Below, one piece after another: positions 1 through 13,759 of a stretch of 64,000 nt of DNA. Source of the stretch: Lama guanicoe (Eukaryota); NCBI GenBank assembly GCA_013239625.1, contig MU056000.1, positions 13,033,175 to 13,097,174 on the forward strand. The letters are read 5' to 3'. The first letter of the stretch is position 1. Every line of letters begins with the position of its first letter. The notes under the pieces are model-generated. The model searched no databases. It had not been told where the DNA came from and saw only the letters and a list, made by a program, of their open reading frames with translations. The position numbers and the translations under genes were made by a program.

Positions 1-649
1 TGCTTAATTCACCTTATCGTAATTATTTTCATACATGTATGAAATGCAGTCACATTCAAAAGATAGAGAATATTATGTAACCACGTTATCTACTATGCTT
101 TTCAGTGCCAACGCCACTGAAATTATCCTAACAATTTGGCAGAATGCTTTAATTCAGTCAGTTTCCATATTTTTACTTATTAAGCATTGTTTATGTATTC
201 AATAATCTGAGTTAATTCCTATGATGTAAAATCCACTGAGCTTAATACATAGCATAAAATTAACAATAATTAACTGATTAACTATAAGGATTTTACACAA
301 AAGGATGAAAGAAATGAGACATAGGAAAAAAGGCATACATGTATAAAATGTTAAGCAATATGAGAAGTAACTGAGCCAAAAATTAATTAAATATATCAAT
401 AAATGAAGTAGTAAAGGGCAAAAATGAAATAGCGTAGGTAAAATGTACTGTTAAGTCATAAAATCTGGGCTTTCTAAGTTTATTTTTATGGAAGAGGAAG
501 GAATATAAAAAGCAAATTCATTCAAATTATAAAAAACATGTTTAAGGGCATCTTAGTCATTTTTTATCTGACAAATTGCTAAGAAATTTTATATAAATTG
601 ATTTAATAGTTAATAGCTATACTGTTTTTTTTTGCGAGGATTTTCCCCA

Positions 650-772
650 GAAAGTTACTGAAGTTTAAGATACGTGACTTGTTTACGATCACAAATCTTT
701 GAAGTTCGTAGAGGTAGCATCCAAATATCAGATCCTAACATTTCAAAGTCTATATCCAGCTTTTACCACCCT
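650..772 (-). mobile_element. MIR SINE fragment (highly diverged)
   Basis: gtgacttgtttacgatcaca...tttcaaagtctat...cttttaccac resembles the reverse complement of the MIR core (gtgacttgcccaaggtcacacagc...ctccaaagccc...ctttccac). Confidence 0.45.
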
Positions 773-886
773 GAAATCTCAGCTAAGATGTGAGGAAATA
801 GCAAAATGTGAAAAGTTAGAGTAAAGGAAACAGAGTATTCCAAGGAAAGCAGAATAAGGACTTGAGCCACGTGCAGAATCAAAACA

Positions 887-932
887 AACACGCACACACA
901 CAGACACGCACAAGCAGACACACAGACAGACA
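887..932. repeat. Imperfect (CA)n/(CAGA)n microsatellite
   Basis: acacgcacacacacagacacgcacaagcagacacacagacagaca seen directly. Confidence 0.85.
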
Positions 933-2034
933 ATAGGTACATACTATGTTAGGACCTGGGATGCAAAGAGGCAGAGCAGAATTCAAGGAATGATTGAGGA
1001 AAAATATTTAAAAAATTACAAGATCAATTTCTACAGGTCAAGAAGTCTAGAGGCCCCCTTCAAGAATCACAACCCCTGTGAAAAAGAAGATTCTATGGGT
1101 CTACATAGTCAAAAAACTAATCAAATAAACTTGAGGTCAGACCACAGTGATCCGTGTCACTACAGGGAGATCTGAAATCTGTAAATGAGGCAATTTCAGG
1201 GAGTATCAGTGATTAGAAGGCAAGTTGAGGTCTGGTCAAGGGTTCGGTGTTAGACCAAGGGACTGAGTAACAGTCTCAAAGCACTGGCATCACGAATAAA
1301 ACAGGAAATTATTTAGAAGCTGTGTGGATAATCTCCATTTCCCTAGGCTCCTGGAAATATGAAGGACGTTTATCATAAAAGCACTCCCAGCTTCTCATCA
1401 CACCTCTCACTCTTTCCTCACTATGGAGTGAAGACAACTGTCTTATCTGATCAGTGACTTAATCTAGTTTGGAAGAAATACCTGAGTATGCTCTGCCCAG
1501 ACCTTCCTTTTTCAGAGTCAGTGCAAATTCCAGAGGAATTTTTTTTTCCTCTGTATCCAATGACCTTCTATTTCACGTGGTCCAAAAGTAAAGCATGAGT
1601 GAACTCATTTCTCTACAGAAGCAAAGCTACTTTCTCTGATGCATGTGTGATAAATAGAGCTGGCATTTTGATCTCCATCAGATCCTGTTTCTCAGAGGTT
1701 TTGAATTTGGGGAAGAGGGATATAAATTATTTTCTCCATACAACTCCAACCGAGGAACTTATATAACAATGAGTATTGGCCCAGAGCCAAGACTATGTTG
1801 TAGATAGAAGTGATCATTGCCTGGAAAATATTGATATGTTACATGTTACAGAATTCTTTACAAAAGTCTGTACCTATGCCTTTATTTTATGGGTTGTACA
1901 TTGATTGCAAAACAATCATAGGAGGCAAGCTGGATAGGAACAGAAATTTCCTGAGTAAGATAACATATTTGACAAACAAGTCATTCATTTTTTTTAAAAA
2001 AGTATTTCCTCTTTAGGCAATATATTGAAAACAA

Positions 2035-2163
2035 GGAGGAGGGTACATCTCAGTGGTAGAGTGCATGCTTAGCATACACGAGGTCCTGGGTTCAATCCCC
2101 AGGATCTCCACTAAATAAATAAATAAACCTAATTACCTACCTCCACCAAAAAAAAAAAAAAAA
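2035..2163 (+). mobile_element. Camelid tRNA-Ala-derived SINE (vic-1 type)
   Basis: ggaggagggtacatctcagtggtagagtgcatgcttagcat...gtcctgggttcaatcccc head with pol III A/B boxes, (TAAA)n, ccacc + poly(A) tail; closely similar to the copy at 61243; no clear TSD. Confidence 0.9.
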
Positions 2164-5100
2164 TACCGGATTATTCCTACTCTTCTGTGGAGTTTTTGAG
2201 AAATGAAACAACAGAGGCACATAGAAAGAAAATTTCTACTTCATTTTGATAAAGGTGATTGGAGAAAAAGATTATGGACCAATATCCATAAACAATTGGC
2301 CGCTAGTCCTTCACCTCTGAATCAGACAGATTTGTCCACCCAGTTATTAGCAAACTAAACAGCCTGAAAGTTTCCCTAGGGAGACAGTCTCACACTTCTA
2401 AGAAGACACATTCTTGCTGCAGGTAGGTCAACCTGAAAAGATAGAATCTGGGTGAAACACGCTCAAGGTTTTCTCCTCAAATCCAATCAGATATCACTCT
2501 TCCCATGTGAAGGAGAAGGTACAGGACTGAGCCAAACAGGGAAGGTTCTCCCTACACATTTTTTGTTCCTTTTTTTGGTTGTTTTCTCCTGTGATCCAGA
2601 GTGAAAGTTCTCTATCATGTACAGACACATGAAGACAGGTAATGTGTTCCCTACCAACAGCCAGTAAGTCAATGGGTGACTTTGAGTTAGTGCTTCTCAT
2701 CCATCTAATTTTTGTCAAGTTCTGTATCCTTCACATATCTGAAAGCTAATTGTTTTCAATTACATTAAACAAATTCTTTACCTTATAGTCATATACATGT
2801 TCTTATTCACTCATTTTAGTGTTTTTGACCACATATTCACAACTCCACATTTCATTTCAGGAACATTCATGACTAGAAAGTGTTCTAGTTTGCAAGGCGA
2901 ATTCTTAAGTCTAAAATTTTAGTCTAAAACAGAAGGGCAAATTTTTTTTTAATTTAAAAGTGATCAAAGACTACATCTCATTGCAGATGAACTTGATTTA
3001 CAACTTCAACTTTAAACATGTTGTAAATTATAGGAATAGATAAAAGAGAATGGGAAGAGTTCTTTGCCTCCAAAACTCAGAATTATGATGAATTCACTTA
3101 AAGCACTTTTCTGTGTAAGTGAAAATGTGTACAAAGTATGAATTTAGAATCTAATTTTTAAATGAGTTATTTGACCTAAAATTCAATCATAGCCTTAAAG
3201 GTCATTTGAAAATGTGACAAGCAAATATATTGATCTCAAAACAAAAGTTATGGCTATTAAATGATGCTGCAAAAGATATACAACTTACCAAATTTTTTAC
3301 AATGTCAAGATTTGTAATGACATTTCTCTTTCTGATCTAAAGGCAACTTAACTGCATCCAAAGTGAGCAGAAAAATCGTAGTAGTCATAATTATGTAGCT
3401 TGCTGTATCTTTAATATGGAAGGACATGCCTTATTTGACAAGTCTATACCAGATGGAATGCTTTTTTTTTTATAAAAAAAAGTTTAAAATGCTAATCTAT
3501 AGTCTTGAAAAAAAAAAAGGCTGATATTTTGGTTTGAGACTAACACACCAGGAGATTGCCAGAAGAAATAATTGAATCTTTATCCTTCAGCATATCAACA
3601 GTTTCATATATCTCCATTTTCAACTCATTTAAAATTCAATTTTGGCAAGTCAAATAATTGAAATCAACTACGTTGAGGAATGTCTATGTTAATTTAGCAT
3701 CGTCAAGCACAATGTCAGGTTCCAACCAGAGTCTCTGACTCCAAGTCTACTATTCCTTCCAGAAATCCAGACCAGTGATTAAAGGCAGATACCAACTCTG
3801 CAAGCATAAGTTGACTAAGGTTGAAATAGAAAGCTGTACTTTAGAAAAATCTACCAATGTCAGAAGATTTTTAGGTAGTTTTCTTAGATGCAATTAAAAA
3901 CGAAATCACCATTATAGGTAGAAGTGGGTTGTGATCTTTGAAGGAATTGGTCAGTTTTATTTCAGTTTTCCTTAAATAGTTTAATTCCAGAGTAAGAAAT
4001 GAGGAATAGATAAGGATAGCAAAATAATTATCCACTGGTCTGCTACTCTGTCTCCTCTAGTCCCTCCCCCAGCAACTCCCCTGCAGCATGCAGTCTTGTT
4101 AACTAGCAGGAAAGGAATGTGATGCAAAAATCACAGACCCTTGGATTACCTGCCCTGGACATAACTGTGCCAACAGGAGCTGAGATAGGCAGAGAGCAGG
4201 AGCATCGTTTATGGAGGACACAGGATCTGTAAATACCAATGACCACCTGTTCCCTCTTGCATAAGGTCTCCTTTTGTGCCCTGTGCAACCAACTCCCAAA
4301 CACTTACCTAGATCTCCTATCAAGATATTGAGCTATTCCAATTCACCCTGCTTTAAGTAATTATTTGCTTCATTTTCATATGTTTCTTTTTTCATGCATG
4401 AGGCTTTGTTGAGGATTTATTGTAATTGATACAACTGGATTTGATGACTGCCATTTTAATCTTTGCCAGACCCTCAGCTTTCCTTCAAATGTACCCTCAC
4501 TTAAACCTTGCTTTCGCAGAACAAATTTTTAAAAAGTAATGAAACAAAAAAAAATCCTGAAAATTCTAGCTATTTTCTTTTTCATTGCCTATTTCTTTCT
4601 ATGTCTGACTGAGTAGCATATAGAATCATTTCTTTTGAATTCACTTACTTCACACATCTTAATACTGTAAATAGACATAGAACTTAGAGCTTATTTCCCT
4701 TACAAATAATAAAAAAGAGCTTATTGCTTCTTTATTGTTAAAATCCTCTCCCCTCCCAATATGCCTTTATCAAAGTCCAAGGAGAATTAGGCTAGACTTA
4801 ACCTGAAGTATGAGGATGAGGAAATTACTCATGGAGATGAGCCTGCAGGAAAAACAAAGCACAGGATTAACCTTAAAGAAATCTTAGTCCAGGGTTGGCA
4901 GGAGAATTAGACTATAAATCATCTTTTTGTGAATCCATGTATTTTAGTGGAACATAGCTAGAAGTATTACTTGGTTTCAGTTGCATTGTGGACACTTTTA
5001 AACGGAAGGATGACTTGCTTGGAGATAACCGAGAGAAGGGGCCATATTTCTTCACATACACTTTAGTAGGGCAAGAAGTTGGATGCTGAGAAAAGCTATA

Positions 5101-6098
5101 TTCAGCAAAATGGGGGTCTTGGGAATGACAGCAGCACCATGGATGTAGATATTTTGGGCAGGAAAGTAGGTTAGAGCAGAAGAAACTGAGATGAATGTCT
5201 CAAAGTACCCGTGAAATAGCTCCCTAGGAAGCACTTAAGTTTCTGGGGAAGAATTCGAGGAAGGATACTGCCAATTTATAAAAACTGGAATGGTAAGATC
5301 TCATAATAATTATGGCAAAAGAAAAATTGGGACTCTATATTTTGTCAGAAGATGTCGAGACTTGGGACTTGAAATTTATGTATGATTTGATTTGGAAAAC
5401 AATTTACTTAGCATTCACCTACATGAGAGATTAGTATAAGAGAAGTCATAAATGTATATGAGGGTTAGCTAGAATTTGGAGGCCCTTTAAGGCCAGAAAG
5501 TGAATTGGCTAATATAGAGGTAGCATGGAAAACAGGAAGTTTTTAAGGCAGAAGAGCAAAGCTCTGAGATTGATTTAACTAACCATTTATTATAGATACT
5601 GGGTAGATATGAGTAGAAAAAACGAGGAAGGTGGTCCAACCCTGGCACTTGAAGATGCTGACATTGTAGTTCAAGTTACAAAATATAGGCTAAATACCTA
5701 TTAGACTTTGCTTAATCTTAACTATTAATCATAAATTATCTGAATACCAGATGATCTGGAAAGATGCAAAAAGAAATGATCATTTACTTATACAATAAAT
5801 AATTGATTCTAGAAGGCAGTCATGTGGCTAGGTGTCACTGTTTTGAGGTAAGCACTTATTCCTTCACTACTTACTCAAGAAATATTTATTAAACGTCTTC
5901 TGTTAGTCAGGCCAATGCATATGAAATGAAACAGATGACTAATATAATGAACTGTACAAATAGAGACAAATTTATCTGAATATTTTATTGTAACATTTTC
6001 AGCAACATGTTAGATAGAATTGTTGTTTGTAAAATTCTCATGCTAAAACACATAGCTGGACACACACACACAAAAAGGTAAAAATTTATAGGCAGCTC

Positions 6099-6644
6099 TA
6101 CAACTAAGCAAAGGGCTCCTGTGCCCACCGTCAGAAAGCCAAACTCTGACAGAGGGAGTTTACAGTAGTCAGGGTTTATTTGTAGGGCACCAAGGAAGGG
6201 AGAGGGGGACAAGTCTCGGATCCACTCCAGCTTGGTCTCTGAGTTGAGGGTATTTAAAAGAGAAACACAAAGAAGCTGAAGTTGACCATCATTTTGCGAC
6301 ATTTCTGTGATATTTTTTTCTTAATCGCAGTTGCAGAGTCAGGATGTCTCTGATTTACAAGTTTCTGGCCACGTGGTCAATGGCTTGGGGGTCTGTTATC
6401 TCCTCTTGCCCTAGAGAAACCACCTGAGTTTGTGAGTTAAGGATGATACCTGTAATAGCAATGATAGTACATTAATGATGTTATCGACAACAGCAATTTT
6501 AGTCATATGACTCTGCTTGATTAGCTTACAGTTAGCACAGGACTGAGGTCAGAGGGGACAAGAGAGACAATGAAGTTTTGGGTAGAAAGAACAAGCATAA
6601 ACTCTGTAAGGGACTCGGTTTTATGGGGACTCGGTTTTGGTTCA
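6099..6644 (-). mobile_element. Solo ERV1-class LTR
   Basis: On the minus strand it starts TGAACC, has TATA-like tttaaata (~6251) and AATAAA (6175-6180); flanks gctc/actc are a possible 4-bp TSD; one end resembles the LTR at 35138. Confidence 0.75.
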
Positions 6645-6689
6645 ACTCTGTGAAGGTGTGTGATTGCACCGCCAGTGGCAGAACAGGGA

Positions 6690-7180
6690 CTGAAGACTTC
6701 CATTTATGAGACAACCAAGTAGATGTAAGTATAACTAACCACCTTGGACATTAAATATATGACAAACATAAGAAGACAGAAAACTTGGGAGAGGGAAAAA
6801 GCAGACTGGTAAGGGCCTTGGGGTTAAGAAACAACATGGTGGTGAGTTTTCTGGAATTTCTTTTGCCTCCTTCATCCTAAAGAAACCAGCAAGTTAGAAA
6901 CACCAGTAGGCACAGAGAAGGAAAGCCTCAGCAAAAGTCTGCTCTCTCTAGCTGGAGGACCATGAAGGGCACACTAGAAAGATGAAGAATTTTTAGATAC
7001 TAACAAATCCATCGAAGCCCATCACCATAGAAATAGACTCTACCCAACTCCCACCCCAGCCAACAAAAGCTGAGTGGGGACCCTAAAATTCCAACCTTGC
7101 CAGGCTGTAATGAGGAGGCTCTCTCCTCTTTAAAGTCCTTCCCTCCCCCACTGGAGTGGTATCAAAGAAGGATGAGTTGT
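6690..7180 (+). mobile_element. Ancient L1M (L1MC-like) 5' UTR remnant
   Basis: gacttcc start, catggtggtgagttttctgg and aaaagtctgctctctctagc motifs recalled from L1M4/L1MC 5' ends. Confidence 0.5.
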
Positions 7181-7230
7181 AAGCAAGGGTATATATATAT
7201 ACCTTATATATATATATATATTTTTTTTTT

Positions 7231-7585
7231 GGCAAAGAGATAGACACATAGCACAATGGTGCAGAACAGAGAATCAAGAAACAGACCTGCACAAATTGGT
7301 GCAACTGATTTTTCATAAAAGCACAGGCAATTCAATGGAGAGGAGACAGCTTTTTCAACAAATTTTATTGAAGGAATCAGACATCCATAGACAAAAAAAA
7401 AATATGAATCTTGACCTAAATCTTACACATTATACAAAAATAAACTCAAAATGGATCACACAGTAAAATGTAAAACATCAAACTTAAAAACTTTTAGACA
7501 AAAGAGAAGAGGACAAGCTTTTCAGGATCTAGGACTAGAAGAAAGTTCTTATACCAAAAGTATGACCCATAAAAGAAAACAATTA
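7231..7585 (+). mobile_element. L1M ORF2 3' region fragment
   Basis: gatagacacatag...caattcaatggag...cttttcaacaaa...tatacaaaaataaactcaaaatggatca, typical decayed L1 ORF2. Confidence 0.85.
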
Positions 7586-7739
7586 ACTCCTAGGAAAAAT
7601 GCATCCAAAAATAAAAGTAAAAAAGAAAGAAAGAAATACTTAAGACCTGCTGCCAAGTACATGTACGAGACTAAACTTAACACACTTAAAAGAAGAATGC
7701 CGAACTGAGGTGGGAACAAAAACAAACAGAAAAACAAAC

Positions 7740-8160
7740 AAAACAGTCCAAGTCCTGGTCCACGGGAGCACCAATTGAAGCAAGCACAGAACTTTATAAG
7801 GGTGGGCAGGCGAAGAACAATTCCCAAGGAACTGGAAGCTGAGGAATTCTCAGGACTCCCAAACTGCTGGGAATATTTGAATTCCGAACAGAGTTAGAGA
7901 AACCTCAGAAACATGTGGAGGTACTTATGAAAGGCACCAGAATACTTATGCTTTAGTGGTAGGGCTAGGTTACTTTGGGACCTCCAAACACCACCACCAC
8001 CAACTTGGGAAAAAAAAAAAAGAAAACAAAAACTTTGGAAGAGATCAAGCTGATCTAAAGTAATTTAACTGTCTGTTGAAATAAATTTAGTAATATTTCA
8101 AAGATAAGAGACAAGTCAAACATTCAAATGATAACATTCTCAACGTTCAGCATTTAGTTA
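7740..8160 (+). mobile_element. Ancient L1M (L1MD-like) 5' region remnant
   Basis: tttgaattcc...tagtggtagggcta...gatcaagctgat...aagtaatttaactgtctg motifs resemble L1MD 5' ends. Confidence 0.45.
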
Positions 8161-11100
8161 AAGAAGGGGCAAAAGACCAATTCAACTTTGCTTGGGCATA
8201 AAATTAATCTTCATCTCAAGCAACTGCAAGGGGCAGGGATGTCCATGAATTCAACTCAGAAGACAACCCTTCAGCCTCTCCTTCCGGAATCTGTCTCCAT
8301 GACAGAAGTAATAGCCGTTTGTAAGCCCAGATCACATGCTTGTAAGTTTTTTTTTTTACCAGAAAAAAAAAAAGGGAGCTAACCATTTGGCAAAACTGTG
8401 GCCATTGCTGTAAGGTATTATGACTGATCAGGAGCAGAAAAGTATTGTACTACGTTAATTACAATCCAGGAGGGCAAAATCTTATATAACTTCATTAGAG
8501 AAAAATAGACCCTTATTTTCTTTCCCAATGTATATGTTCAGCAAATTTTCTCTTATTAAAATATGACTTTAATCAAGAGATATATCCACAATCATTAATT
8601 AAAACATATTCTTACATACCCAAAGAGCAACTAGAAGTCTTTGAGGCTGTAAAAAATAGGTCAGTTTCTAAATGTGAGAAGGAAGAGATTTCTTTTTTTT
8701 GAAGGGGCATGAATATTATTAGAGAGAAAATGGATTGGACTTGAAAATGATCCCTTTAATCCATCCCTTGAGCCTGTTGATCATACTTCACTCAGCTGGA
8801 AAAATAATTTAGGACTTAAAAATTGAAATGGTAAAGTATATTATGTTATGTGAAAATAAGTGCATCTGTTAGAATCTTCAAAGTTAAAGCTCTTGCCTGT
8901 GTGCCTTAAGGCTTTGGAAAGATTTGATTCTGACGGCTGTTAGGAAGTCTTAGATTTTGGAAGATACTACTTCCAATCATGTAAGTAACTGAGCTTTTTT
9001 TTTAAAGAGAAAGCCAGATGCACACACAAAGCCTTTTCATGATGATGATTACTATATGGTGATGATTCATCCTTACTCTCAATATCCCATGAAATACTCA
9101 GAAAATACAAACCAGATGCAAATGTCACATTAACGTAAAACAACAAGGGAAAGAAAGACATGCGCGGGAGAAGGTCGCCTGCTTGGTGGCTGCAGGAAGT
9201 AGGAAGAAACACAAGGCAAACACAGCAATGAACATGGGGGGTCCTAGTATTTTGTGACTGTCTGCTTGTGACTTCTGGCGAGGGAAGAAGTGTGACTGAC
9301 TCCAGCTTATCAGGGAAAGTGTACTCCATGCAGTCAGATGACCAGGAATTGAGAACGTAAGAGAGGGAAGCCAGAGATTGGCCTTGAGGCTATTCACATC
9401 CATGACCTCCTGTCTAGTACCAGAAAAGAGCAACTATTTTTGCCCAAATTACTGTCTCTTCTCATATATATATACCTTTAGTCAGAATCAAGATTTGGAA
9501 AAAATAATTAAGATAATCCTTTTTTAGTGAAAGAAAGAAAACAGAGTATTTTTTTTATTATGCTAAGGGAAGTACATGCTCTTGGCAGAACATCGGAGTC
9601 TAATACATTGGTAAGAATCTCCCGAAATGCTACAATTTCAACTTTCACAGCGATCAAAAGAAACCTACATACATTCTTTGCTGCAAAAGTACATCTCCAA
9701 GAGCTTGCCTGTCAGGAAGCAGAAAGAACAGGTAGAAAAGGGAATGGAAATTGCCTGGAAACTGGGGATGGAACTCTCATCCTCCTCTGGCCAAGGACAT
9801 CATTTGAGGGAACGCCGGGCCTTTCTGAATCTGGAACCCATCAGCAGAGGACTCCTCCATCTGCACCTCAGTTAACCTGCTCGCTCAGTGTGAAAAAGCC
9901 ATTTCTCCTCCAAATTACAAGACAGGTTTTCTCTACAAAATATGACTCAAACTCTGCCCATCATGTGTATAGTATCTCTCAAAAGTCTCTTATCTAGCAG
10001 GCTGTAAGTCCTTTCTAATTTTGTGACCACTTATTCCTCCTTATGGCCAATGGGGAAGATATGCTCTGGGTGCAGAAATCTCTTGGATAAAAATGTTTTA
10101 CAAACATTGCCACTGAAGGAATTTCACTCATAATATTTTTCTATGCTGCTCTTTGCCATAAAATTTTACAAAGAGGTAATAGAATAATTAATAAGTGTAG
10201 GCCAATGTTTCCTATCAGATTCATAAGAAACTGTTTTAAAACTGGGTGTTGTATTTTCAATGAGACAGACATTTCATTACAAGTTTTAAGAGGAGCTGAT
10301 TATCTTTAAGATTGTGATACGATTTATAAATTGTGGCAATATTAGCTTCAACGGAAGCTCTTTTCAGCTTTTGAATGTACATTTCACATGATCACAAAAT
10401 CTGCTTATAAACAAAGATTTATTGATATAAATTAATATATATCAGGAATAAACATACAAAATAAACAGTTTTTTTTCTTTAATGTTCCATATAACCGATG
10501 TATGCTTTTAAATACTATAGGAATTAACAGGAAAGAATAATTCTGACTCATATGATATGAACTAATGTGAAAATATTAAGGAGGAAGTAAATTTTCAAGT
10601 ATTCTTTAGAGAGAAAATATAGTATATTTCTCTAAACTGCCACTTACATTTTTCAATAATAGAAAAACTGCTTCTTTAAGACAGTCTTTCCTTGACTACA
10701 TACCTTAATCAATCAATCAAGAAAATTACCAAAGTACAAGTGACGGTTTGCTGGTGGGTTTGAGAACTGAATGTTCTACTCATGGAACCACGAATGCAGG
10801 TTATAAATGAATGGATCAAGGATCTACCTAGGAAGGGATGACTACCTAACCAGCTGACATTTCGTGAATGAGGAGACTGAGACTGAAAGGAATTAACTTT
10901 CCAAAGTCAAGGTCAGTGTGAGGTTATAAAACCTTTCTCAGGGTTTTTTTGTTTGTTTGTTTGGTTGGTTTTTCCCTGAAATATAGAATGAGGTAAAGTC
11001 AAATGCCCTCTAGGTATGAGCTTGTACTTCTTAAGTTTCCTTTACCACTATCTGATTTTTACTGGAGTGAATTACAAGGGTAGAATATACAGCTGTCTTT

Positions 11101-11709
11101 GGACACATCCCAGCATCTTGACTGCAACAACAAATATTTATATTTTGAGCATTTTAATGGCAATACTTAGAGAACAAAATAATTATTACCAGGAACATTG
11201 AAGACTATCCAATAATGTGTCAAGATCAAATATAGCAACCTTTGCCAAAACTTACATTTTGTAAAACCTACCTTTCTCTCTGCCTAAGAATAAGTGAATC
11301 CACTCTTCTATGTACTTTGGAATAGTTTTCTATTACTTGATAGAAAGTGTTTCTATCAAAGACATGTGTGTATTGTTCACATAAACACTCTGTATCCTTC
11401 AGTCACAACACTCTTTAATTCTCATGACAACAGTGAGTAAAGAGATTCATCTTATAGCCTTTTAAACTATACACCCCCAAGTTCTTTTTATTAGAATTTC
11501 CTAATAAGGACCTTTGGCAATTAAAATTTTGCAAACAATGATATATAATATCAAATTACATAAGATATTTAGAAAGAAAAGGAGAGGAGAGTAGTCTTAA
11601 GGAGGCATTAAAATTGTTCTCATAGATTCGACTCTTCAAAAAGGAAAATCACTGAAATTGTAGAAAACCAAGACAAGAAAGAAAATTTCAGCTACATGTC
11701 TAGTGATGA

Positions 11710-11827
11710 TTGTGTGCAAGAAACTGTGCTAAACATTTAATCATATTTAAACCTTCAAATAACAGCACGGGAAGTAGTTATTATTATCCTGGTATTATAA
11801 ATGAGGAAATGAGGCTCAGAGCTGTTT
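11710..11827 (-). mobile_element. MIR fragment (interrupted by L2)
   Basis: ttattattatcc...ataaatgaggaaatgaggctcagag is the MIR core reverse complement; MIR-like sequence resumes at ~12190-12240. Confidence 0.7.
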
Positions 11828-11831
11828 ATTC

Positions 11832-12182
11832 CTCATTCATTTATTCTACAAATAGTTGCTGAATGTTTGCTATGTTGACTGTCTTGTTCTGTGAACAAAG
11901 ATACGCACAACCCTAAGGTCAAGGAGTTTACAATCTAGCAAGGGAGATAGTCACTAAAAGTAAGCATATTTTCTTGGTCTTGATAAGGATCAAGAGGAAA
12001 ATCTAGGCAGAATGTGGAATGGTGAGTAATGACATAAAAGTTGGTGTTGCTATTTTAAACAGGTAATTGGGTTGACAGCTCTCATGTATGTGCTAGTATA
12101 TGAGTCCAGTGAGGGGAAGAACCATGGCGATGATTAAGTAAGAGCATTTCAGATAGAGAAAACACCAGGGACAAAGCCTCCG
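11832..12182 (-). mobile_element. L2 LINE 3' end
   Basis: cattcatttattc..caaatagttgctgaatg...tcaaggagtttacaatctag...gagcatttcagatagagaaaacacc..ggacaaagcc, the L2 3'-end reverse complement pattern. Confidence 0.75.
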
Positions 12183-12659
12183 TAGGACGATGACCCATAG
12201 TGACTCCACTGATAAATAAGGGGGCCCAGGTTTGAATCCTTTCCTTGCCTGTGTTCTTATCAGCTATAGAGTATCACTTTCTGGAACATTATCATCTTCT
12301 CAGTGAACCAAGGCATTGTATATTACGAAGGTATATTATAACATAATGTATGGTTTGCGTTAATGTAGTGTAATATGATGTATATTTTCTACTTATTATT
12401 ATGTTATTACAAATTTGTCATTCTAGTAATGAGCATTCTATATTTGGAAATGGTTTAAAATGAGAATTTTCTGTTTCTGAGCATTTATACACTATAGATA
12501 CATTCTACTCTAAATTTCAGTGTTTGATTATCCAAATTAAAAAAATCAAACTTTTTATCTTGAAAGATTGCTTAAATTACAATTTTCATTACACATTCAC
12601 TACCTTAGTGCATTCATCTTTATTTTTGATCCCTAATGGATTTCCTGGAACCAATTTCA

Positions 12660-13553
12660 AGGTGTGTGTGTGTGTGTGGTTTCCCTACACCTTCCAGAAT
12701 TCAGACATCAGCTGGATGTCCTACAATTTATCTCAGTTCTGACACTCTTCACCCAGCTATAGCATAAGATTTCACAGGTTAAAGGTTAAGTCCTACAAGG
12801 CTATCTCCTCTCCTCCACCTGAGACACCAATTGCAAATTCAGGCTGTCACCTGTGCTTCTGACCAACTGGCTATAGATTGGGGGTTCCCACAATGCCCTG
12901 CTTGGAATTCAGATGCAGTCAAAGTTCAGGCTGTTAGATCACAGGGTTCAACTACCCCTTTTTTGGGTTTGTTTAATCTCTTAGAACAGCTCACAGAACT
13001 TTGAGACATTTTACTTACTGGGCACTGGTTCATTATAAAAAATATACATATAACTTACGAACAGCCAGATGGAAAAGATGAGTAAGGCAAGTTATGTGGG
13101 AAGGGTCTCACAGTTTCCACGTCCTCTCCAGGGTATCACTTTCCCCACATCCTCATGAGCTCATCAACCTGGAAGCTCCGTGAACCCTGTCCTTTTGGGT
13201 TGTTAGGGAGGTCTCATATGTAGGCATAACTGATTAAATCATTGACCGTTAGCACTAGGACTCAATCTTCAGCTCCTCACCACTCCCAGGAGGTCAGGGG
13301 TGAGACTGAAGGTTCCTACCCTCTGGTCATGGGTTGCTCCTCAGGCAACCAGTCCCCTTCTTCAGTGCTTTCCTAAAGTCACTTCGCTAACATCACAAAA
13401 GACACATTTATCACTCTCAACTTTCAGGAAATTCCAAGGGTGTTGGGAGCTGTGAGCCAGGAACCATGGATGAAGACCAAATCTATAAGAGTAATGTATT
13501 TTGGTCATCTGATTAACCAAATCTATATTTTTCTTATAAACTGCAGTATTGCA
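12660..13553 (-). mobile_element. MER21-like LTR
   Basis: Hallmarks: gacatcagctggatgtcctacaattt...tctgacact, cacctgtgcttctgaccaactggctata, gaacagctcacagaact, ggaaattccaagggt, gaagaccaaat. Confidence 0.85.
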
Positions 13554-13759
13554 GTCACTACATTATTTTCAATGTAAAATATACATGATGTAAGAAGTGA
13601 AAAAATTTATTTCTCCTGGTTGCTTGTCACTAACCTCACTCCCAGAAATTGTTCATTTTAACAGATTATCACATATCTTATCAAATACCTGATAGAAGAT
13701 ATTGATAAAGACCTGATTCTAAATTGGTCTCTAAAAAGTACTATTTTCTTTCCTCAGTG

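Noticed and set aside
2035..2110. tRNA-Ala-like sequence (also at 61243-61320)
   Set aside because: It has a non-tRNA 5' leader, an AT-rich linker, a poly(A) tail and (second copy) a TSD, so it is a SINE, not a tRNA gene
4780..5420. Possible ancient LTR remnant (also 34910-35137/35790-35950 and 46590-47360)
   Set aside because: Composition is suggestive but I could not identify termini or family motifs with confidence
9527..9997. Longest ORF (156 aa), and similar ORFs at 34882, 55140, 47156, 26212 and 53112
   Set aside because: No recognisable domain; many have non-ATG starts; several run across LTR, L2 or microsatellite sequence; lengths are compatible with chance
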